Below, in pieces: positions 58,391 through 64,000 of a DNA stretch of 64,000 nucleotides. The notes beneath the pieces were generated by a model, which worked only from the letters and a program-made list of their open reading frames with translations, was not told the origin of the DNA and searched no databases. The position numbers and the translations under genes are program-made. Origin of the DNA: a virus; IMG/VR virus record IMGVR_UViG_3300017917_001958, positions 1 through 64,000 of that record; one strand, 5' to 3'. Position 1 is the first letter of the stretch. Each line of letters opens with the position of its first letter.

Positions 58391-58624
58391 ATGCATTATT
58401 TAGTTACAATTGGTTACGAAACAGAACAAATGGATAGAGAAGGAAATCCCCGTATTAAAAAGTATAAATACATTATTGAAGCTGATTCAGTTGAAGAAGC
58501 GACTATAGTTGCATCAAAATACAGATCGGGAGATACTCGTTCAAGTGAAAGTCTTTCGGTTACTAAGATGGCAATCGAATGTATTATTGATCAAAAAAAT
58601 ACTCCGGAATATTACAAAGGATAA
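58391..58624 (+). CDS. Hypothetical protein (77 aa)
   Basis: Operonic ORF with an A-rich leader; KYIIEADSVEEA. Confidence 0.6.
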   Translation: MHYLVTIGYETEQMDREGNPRIKKYKYIIEADSVEEATIVASKYRSGDTRSSESLSVTKMAIECIIDQKNTPEYYKG

Positions 58625-58641
58625 TTTAAAAATAAATTAAT

Positions 58642-58854
58642 ATGGAATTTTATAGTCGTGAAATACAAATTATGCGTCAATCACAAAGTAAGATGGCGTT
58701 AGAGTACGTTCAATCAGTAGGTGTGACAGTAACTGTAGAAGAATTAGTAAGAATAACAGATTTATTTGTTGAGATATGTTTAAGACCACAGGATGAGGAT
58801 CTTAAAAAAAGAATAAAAGCATTAGATAAATGGATTGAAGAAAAAAAACGATAA
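58642..58854 (+). CDS. Hypothetical protein (70 aa)
   Basis: Operonic ORF with an A-rich leader. Confidence 0.6.
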   Translation: MEFYSREIQIMRQSQSKMALEYVQSVGVTVTVEELVRITDLFVEICLRPQDEDLKKRIKALDKWIEEKKR

Positions 58855-58858
58855 TAAA

Positions 58859-59452
58859 ATGAAAAAAAAAGATATTGAAGATTATATTCAAAAATTAAAA
58901 GAGTTAGAAAAAGAATTAAGTGATGACTCTTCGGATGAAATTAATAAATTAAATGAAATTGATTCTTTATTGAGTAATTTAAATGATGATATTTTAAGAA
59001 CACAAAAAGTTTCACCAATTAAAGTTAAAATTAAAAAGTTAAACGAAAATGCTGTTATTCCGACATATTCAAAAGATGGAGATGCAGGAATGGATTTAAC
59101 AATAACTTCAATAATCTCTGAAACAACAACTGATGTATCATACGGATTTGGAGTTGCTATGGAAATTCCTATAGGTTTTGTTGGATTAATTTTTCCAAGA
59201 TCATCGGTAAGAAAATACGATTTAAGTTTAACTAATGCTGTTGGGGTAATTGACAGTGGTTATCGAGGAGAACTTCAAGCCACTTTTAAAAAAACAAATT
59301 GGTTAAAGGGTGATAACTCAGAAAAGTACAAAATTGGGGATAGAGGTGCTCAAATAATAATTATCCCGTACCCTCAAATTCAATTTATTGAGAGTGATGA
59401 ACTTTCAAATAGTGATAGAGGTACAGGTGGATTTGGTAGTACCGGTTCTTAA
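58859..59452 (+). CDS. dut: Trimeric dUTPase with N-terminal coiled-coil extension
   Basis: All five motifs present: AGMDL, PRSS, GVIDSGYRGE, GDRGAQ and RGTGGFGSTG; start moved to ATG 58859. Confidence 0.95.
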   Translation: MKKKDIEDYIQKLKELEKELSDDSSDEINKLNEIDSLLSNLNDDILRTQKVSPIKVKIKKLNENAVIPTYSKDGDAGMDLTITSIISETTTDVSYGFGVAMEIPIGFVGLIFPRSSVRKYDLSLTNAVGVIDSGYRGELQATFKKTNWLKGDNSEKYKIGDRGAQIIIIPYPQIQFIESDELSNSDRGTGGFGSTGS

Positions 59453-59511
59453 ATTTAGGTAAATTATCTATATTTATATTAAAATAAATTGATAAATTAA
59501 AAACAAACATT

Positions 59512-60237
59512 TTGGCTCCAAAACCTAAAGTCGGTAAAAACTATCCCGTTATAGTTGAAGAAAAAAAAGTACAAAATAAACAAAGGATTCGAGAAATCAT
59601 AAAAAAACCAAAAGAAAAGTTTCTAACAAAAAATCAAGAAGAGTATTGGAAAATACTTGGGGACAATCAAATTACATTATGTTTTGGTCCGGCCGGTGTA
59701 GGTAAATCGTATATTGCAATGAAGAGGGCTGTGGATTTATTGTATGATGATTCTAACAAGTACGAGAAGATTATAATTGTTAGACCGGCAGTAGAAGCAG
59801 AAGAAAAATTAGGTTCTCTTCCCGGTGGTCTAGAAGAAAAATTAGATCCGTACATTTACCCATCTTATTATTTATTAAATAAAATTATCGGTAAAGAAGC
59901 TCGAGAACAATTAAAAGACGAAGGATTTATTGAAGTTGCTGCACTTGCATATATGAGAGGATGGAATGTCGATAATACCATTCTTGTTTTTGAAGAAGCA
60001 CAAAATGCAACTCCGGCACAAATTAAATTATTGTTAACTCGTATTGGATTTAATTCTAAGTTTTTTTTATCAGGTGATCTTGAACAATCGGATAAATTTA
60101 AAGATAAAACAAAATCAGGTTTATACGATGCAAAAAAAAGACTTGGTGATGTAAAAGGTATCGGTGTTTTTGAATTTAATAATGAAGATATTGTTAGAAA
60201 TCCAATTATATCTGAAATATTAGATAGATACCAATAA
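59512..60237 (+). CDS. phoH: PhoH-like ATPase
   Basis: GPAGVGKSY, IIVRPAVE, LGSLPG, AYMRG, EEAQN, LLTRIG, GDLEQSD and DIVRNP motifs; TTG start. Confidence 0.95.
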   Translation: MAPKPKVGKNYPVIVEEKKVQNKQRIREIIKKPKEKFLTKNQEEYWKILGDNQITLCFGPAGVGKSYIAMKRAVDLLYDDSNKYEKIIIVRPAVEAEEKLGSLPGGLEEKLDPYIYPSYYLLNKIIGKEAREQLKDEGFIEVAALAYMRGWNVDNTILVFEEAQNATPAQIKLLLTRIGFNSKFFLSGDLEQSDKFKDKTKSGLYDAKKRLGDVKGIGVFEFNNEDIVRNPIISEILDRYQ

Positions 60238-60258
60238 AAAAAATTAATAATTTTAATT

Positions 60259-60295
60259 AAACCTATCTCATTAAATAAATGGGATAGGTTTTTTT
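60259..60295 (+). terminator. Intrinsic terminator after phoH
   Basis: AAACCTATCTCATT-loop-AATGGGATAGGTTT followed by a T run. Confidence 0.85.
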
Positions 60296-60330
60296 ATTTA
60301 CTTATAACAATTATTTAATTATATTTTAAT

Positions 60331-60984
60331 ATGGAAATTTTTATTAGTATTGATGGTGTTATAAGAAACACCATACAAAAATTTGATTATCATTATAAAG
60401 ATGCGTACATAAATTCTGAATTTGAAAATGAAAATAATTTTGAATATGGTATAATTGAACCAATTCAAAATGATAATTTATTAAATTATTATAAATTTCA
60501 ATCAAAAGAAGAATTTGAATTTTTTTTATTTATTGAATATCCAATAGAAATTTTTGGACATGCGGGATTAAGTTATTCAACTACGTTTACCGATTTACAT
60601 AAAATAATTTATGATAATAAAGAACATAATTTTACATTAATTGGTTTGGATGAGTTTGGTAAATCTAAACCTGCCACTTTATTTTTTCTTTCCAAGAATG
60701 GTTTTTTAGGTGACAATATAAAATTTATCAAAAGTGAAGATATTCAAAATATGTGGGATAAATGTGATTGTTGGATAACAGATAATAAAAAGATACTTGA
60801 CCTATGTCCAGAAGATAAAATAAAAATAAAATTTAATACGACATATAATCAACACTTTACAAATATTAAAGAAATTAATAAATTAACTGAAATTAATGAA
60901 TCATGGTTAACATCTTCGGAAAAAACTACTACATTGATATCGATGGAATCACCGAAAAATGTAGAACAACACAACAAATTATAG
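60331..60984 (+). CDS. HAD-fold 5'(3')-deoxyribonucleotidase-like protein with degenerate active site
   Basis: IFISIDGVIRN (canonical DxDGV), KPATLFFL and CDCWITDN...KFNTTYN. Confidence 0.6.
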   Translation: MEIFISIDGVIRNTIQKFDYHYKDAYINSEFENENNFEYGIIEPIQNDNLLNYYKFQSKEEFEFFLFIEYPIEIFGHAGLSYSTTFTDLHKIIYDNKEHNFTLIGLDEFGKSKPATLFFLSKNGFLGDNIKFIKSEDIQNMWDKCDCWITDNKKILDLCPEDKIKIKFNTTYNQHFTNIKEINKLTEINESWLTSSEKTTTLISMESPKNVEQHNKL

Positions 60985-61214
60985 AAACTGACGGAACCGA
61001 TGAATCCGATGCAACTGAAGAATCAGACGGGTCAATCGAAATAAACATTTTTAAATATGAAATTATAAAAATGTGTTTAGAAAGACTCTTAAATGATGTT
61101 CAAGAAATCGATGAGGAAATGGGGGTATTTGCACAAAACGATACCAGTATTTCGTTTAAAATAGCATTTAACACTTTAATAAAAAATCAAATATTAATCG
61201 AAGACGATGAGTAA
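60903..61214 (+). CDS. Hypothetical acidic protein (103 aa)
   Basis: ORF overlapping both neighbours in the operon. Confidence 0.55.
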   Translation: MVNIFGKNYYIDIDGITEKCRTTQQIIETDGTDESDATEESDGSIEINIFKYEIIKMCLERLLNDVQEIDEEMGVFAQNDTSISFKIAFNTLIKNQILIEDDE

Positions 61215-62274
61215 TAACAAAGAAAACATTGAAAAACTTGAATCTGCATTAGATAGATTAGAATCTAACAAAAATGTCGTGTATTTTTTAACATACGACA
61301 CAAAAAATAATCCTAGAGCATCGGTAAAACATATTTATGATTTAGCTTTAACATTGAATAAAAATGGAATACTTTCTAAAATTTTAGTTGAAGATAAAAC
61401 ATATGTTGGTATTGAATCGTGGCTAGGTGACACATATAAAGAATTGGAAGTGGTATCAATCAAGGACGATAAAGTAGTGATCCAAGTCGATGATACAATT
61501 GTCGTTCCCGAGTATTATTCAAACGCATTACAACAATTATCTAACATTAAATGTGTTAAAATAATGTTAATCCAACAAAAGGATTACATTTTTGAAACTT
61601 TACCAATTGGTAGTAGATGGTCTGATTATGGATTTGATAAAGTTATAACAACAACCGAAAGTGCAAAAAAATATATTTTGGATTATTTTCCGGAATCGAT
61701 TGTTTATATCATCCCACCAATTATAGGTGAACAATTTAAACCAATTACATTACCGTTAAAACCATATGTTGCTATTAGTTGTAGAGATAGGGGTGTTCAT
61801 AGAAGATTAATTTCTGAATTTTATTTGAAATATCCTCACCTTAGATGGATAACCTTTAAAGATATGGTTAACATGAATTATGACGAGTTCGCACATAATT
61901 TAAAAGAATGTATGGTTTCTTTATGGGTAGATGATGAATCAACATTTGGTACATTTCCATTAGAATCAATGAAATGTGGGGTACCTGTTGTTGGTAAAAT
62001 ACCTGATACAGAACCAGATTGGTTGAAAGAAAATGGTATGTGGACATATGATATTAATAAATTGGTTGAGATTTTAGCAACATACATTTTAGCTTGGATC
62101 GAAGGTGTTGAATTAACTGATGAGGTTAAAAACAATATGAAAGATACATTACTACCTTATACAACATCGGTAACAGAAAATAACATTATATCTATTTTCA
62201 CATCTTTTAAAAATAAAAGAATTGAAAATATTCAAACAGCATTAGAAAAAATAAAAAAAGAAGAAACGAAATAA
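61207..62274 (+). CDS. Glycosyltransferase, GT-B fold (GT4-like)
   Basis: IVVPEY and ESTFGTFPLESMKCGVPVVG, a GT4-like E...FG.P.LEAM.CG.PV motif. Confidence 0.75.
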   Translation: MSNNKENIEKLESALDRLESNKNVVYFLTYDTKNNPRASVKHIYDLALTLNKNGILSKILVEDKTYVGIESWLGDTYKELEVVSIKDDKVVIQVDDTIVVPEYYSNALQQLSNIKCVKIMLIQQKDYIFETLPIGSRWSDYGFDKVITTTESAKKYILDYFPESIVYIIPPIIGEQFKPITLPLKPYVAISCRDRGVHRRLISEFYLKYPHLRWITFKDMVNMNYDEFAHNLKECMVSLWVDDESTFGTFPLESMKCGVPVVGKIPDTEPDWLKENGMWTYDINKLVEILATYILAWIEGVELTDEVKNNMKDTLLPYTTSVTENNIISIFTSFKNKRIENIQTALEKIKKEETK

Positions 62275-62275
62275 T

Positions 62276-63070
62276 ATGAAAGAAATTTTATTTACAGTAA
62301 TTTTACCGGTACACACGTTAGATGGTATATATGAAGATATGTTAAAAAATGCAGTTAGTTCTGTTGAAGATTTTCATAATGATGTGAATCTTATGATTGT
62401 CTATCCAAATGCATTAGATGAAAAAATAAAAACAATTCCACTAAGTGATAAATTAAACATTTTATATACATCTCATAATTTACCTGTTGGGGATTTTTGT
62501 TCTCAAGTAAATTTTGGTATTGAAAAATGTGAAACAACTTGGTTTTCTATTTTGGAAATTGACGATCAATATAAACCAATTTGGTTAAAATCAATGAATG
62601 AATATCTTAACACTTATAAAGATGTTGATGTATTTTTACCAATAGTTAAAGACATTAACGTAGAGGGAAATTTTATAAGTTTTACTAATGAATCGGCATG
62701 GGCATATGGTTTTACCGAAAGACAAGGATTCATCGATAATGAAGTTTTACTTGAGTTTCAAAATTATCAAATAAGTGGTGGTTTATACAAAACCAAAACA
62801 ATCAAAGATAACGGTTCATTAAAAGAAAATATTAAATTAACATTTGGATATGAGTTTTTACTAAGATTAACACATAATGGAGTTAAAATAATGACAGTTC
62901 CTCATATTGGATATGAACATCTTAATTTAAGAGAAGATTCGTTGTTTTGGAGTTATAAAAATGATGAAAAAAATAAATTAAGTCAGGATGAAGTTAAATT
63001 TTGGTTAGACACAGCAAAAAAAGAATTTTTCTTTAAAAATAAACGTGATGTAAATTATGTGAAAGTGTAA
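62276..63070 (+). CDS. Glycosyltransferase family 2 (GT-A fold)
   Basis: FTVILPVH, NAVSSV, QVNFGIEKCETTWFSILEIDD (DxD-like) and YEFLLRL motifs. Confidence 0.8.
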   Translation: MKEILFTVILPVHTLDGIYEDMLKNAVSSVEDFHNDVNLMIVYPNALDEKIKTIPLSDKLNILYTSHNLPVGDFCSQVNFGIEKCETTWFSILEIDDQYKPIWLKSMNEYLNTYKDVDVFLPIVKDINVEGNFISFTNESAWAYGFTERQGFIDNEVLLEFQNYQISGGLYKTKTIKDNGSLKENIKLTFGYEFLLRLTHNGVKIMTVPHIGYEHLNLREDSLFWSYKNDEKNKLSQDEVKFWLDTAKKEFFFKNKRDVNYVKV

Positions 63071-63769
63071 ATGCCGAGAAAAAGAACCCAAAAAATATAT
63101 TTTGGGGAGGATCAAGAAAAGGCGGTAGTCAATTACTTAGAAAGTACTGACGAAACAGAAAGAAATAAGATATTCAACGAATATTTACGTGAACCCCTAA
63201 TTATAATGGTCGAATCAATTATTCGACGTTATAAACTTTACAGAAAAGACTATGAGTATGACGATATACATACGGATACCATGTCTTTTCTTATTACAAA
63301 AATCAATAAGTTTGATCACACGAAGAATCATAAAGCATATTCGTATTTCGGTACAATTTGTAAAAACTATCTCATGGGTGCAATACAAAAAGACTCAAAA
63401 GAAAGTAATCGAAGTGTGTCATATGATGATATATCATCTGATATTGAAGAAAATTCAGAATTAACATATAGTTTAGATGACTATGTGATAGATTATCGAG
63501 ATGTTATTATAAAACTGACAATGTCATTAGAAGAATTTGTTGAAAATGAAACCCTTACTGAAAATGAACAAAAATTAGGGTACGCATTACTTGAGATTTT
63601 TAGTAATTTTGACAAAATATTTCAGGTTGGTGAAGGTAATAAGTTTAATAAAAATCTAATACTACTTTCATTAAGAGAAATGACATCTTTATCAACTAAA
63701 GAAATCAGAATTTCACTAAAAAGGTTCAAAAAAATATACGATGGTGTTCTCGGTGGATTTTTAGAATAA
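63071..63769 (+). CDS. Phage RNA polymerase sigma factor (sigma70 region 2; T4 gp55-like)
   Basis: PLIIMVESIIRRY...KINKFDHTKNHKAYSYFGTICKNYL matches region 2.1-2.4 of phage late sigma factors. Confidence 0.7.
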   Translation: MPRKRTQKIYFGEDQEKAVVNYLESTDETERNKIFNEYLREPLIIMVESIIRRYKLYRKDYEYDDIHTDTMSFLITKINKFDHTKNHKAYSYFGTICKNYLMGAIQKDSKESNRSVSYDDISSDIEENSELTYSLDDYVIDYRDVIIKLTMSLEEFVENETLTENEQKLGYALLEIFSNFDKIFQVGEGNKFNKNLILLSLREMTSLSTKEIRISLKRFKKIYDGVLGGFLE

Positions 63770-63783
63770 ATCTATTTATAGTT

Positions 63784-64000
63784 ATGAGAGAAAGAAAAAA
63801 TAACATTACACTAGATGTTGATTCAGCATTATCTTTAATGCAAGAAATTTACAATGATGTTGTTGAAAACAGAAATACCGCATCTATTATCATGAAGAAA
63901 ATGCTTTCATTTATGAAAGATGCTGAAGATATGAGTACAATCGGTCCTGTTATTAAAGAACAACAAAAAATATTAAACGAGTGTACCGAAAAGAAAATTT
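63784..64000 (+). CDS. Hypothetical helical protein, truncated at the window edge
   Basis: ATG at 63784 after CTATTTATA; open to the end (MRERKNNITLDVDSALSLMQEIYNDVVENR...). Confidence 0.6.
   Translation, partial: MRERKNNITLDVDSALSLMQEIYNDVVENRNTASIIMKKMLSFMKDAEDMSTIGPVIKEQQKILNECTEKKI

Noticed and set aside
4550-63464. Numerous short alternative-frame or antisense ORFs (e.g. 5851-6165, 14992-15297, 25103-25414, 55389-55628, 56063-56371, 61878-62135)
   Set aside because: They are nested in longer motif-bearing genes and show shadow-like composition with no recognisable motifs.
1-64000. Stop-codon reassignment as in some large phages
   Set aside because: Genes are full length with dense packing in the standard code; TAG ends the SSB and RHH genes and TGA ends the 31748-36523 gene at sensible positions.
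1-64000. tRNA/rRNA genes, integrase, transposase, or DGR reverse transcriptase
   Set aside because: None were recognisable; the intergenic gaps are short and AT-rich with no cloverleaf or T-loop signature seen by eye. tRNAscan or Infernal would be needed to exclude them formally.

Overview
An AT-rich segment of a large T4-like (contractile-tailed, probably jumbo) bacteriophage genome in the standard genetic code. On the minus strand, 1-16 kb and 25-45 kb hold baseplate, tail and neck genes: gp7-, gp6-, gp25- and gp53-like wedge proteins, hub, tube initiator, tape measure, chaperone, tube, sheath, tail terminator and neck. A replication block interrupts them at 16-24 kb: class Ia nrdAB, DnaB-like helicase, 5'-3' exonuclease, RecA/UvsX and gp32-like SSB. 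The 45-64 kb region holds a SNF2 helicase, a PD-(D/E)xK nuclease, a neck protein, PolB, putative head-associated proteins (one with a WYL domain), three glycosyltransferases, dUTPase, PhoH and a phage sigma factor. The absence of Shine-Dalgarno motifs and the type of RNR point weakly to a Bacteroidota host (inference). The most striking unexplained signal is a [S/T]-G-x-T tetrapeptide occurring about 65 times (manual count) in predicted outer virion proteins and nearly absent from inner-tail and replication proteins. With mucin-like Pro/Thr tracts and three phage glycosyltransferases, this suggests a sequon-directed virion modification (glycosylation) system. Other candidates are a +1 frameshift in the tail chaperone, an OmpA-like domain inserted in the tube initiator, a parS-like site beside an origin-like repeat region, a TATTTAT late-promoter motif, a structured polymerase leader, and an RHH gene with tandem operators. 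All functional calls come from motif recognition by eye; no searches were run.
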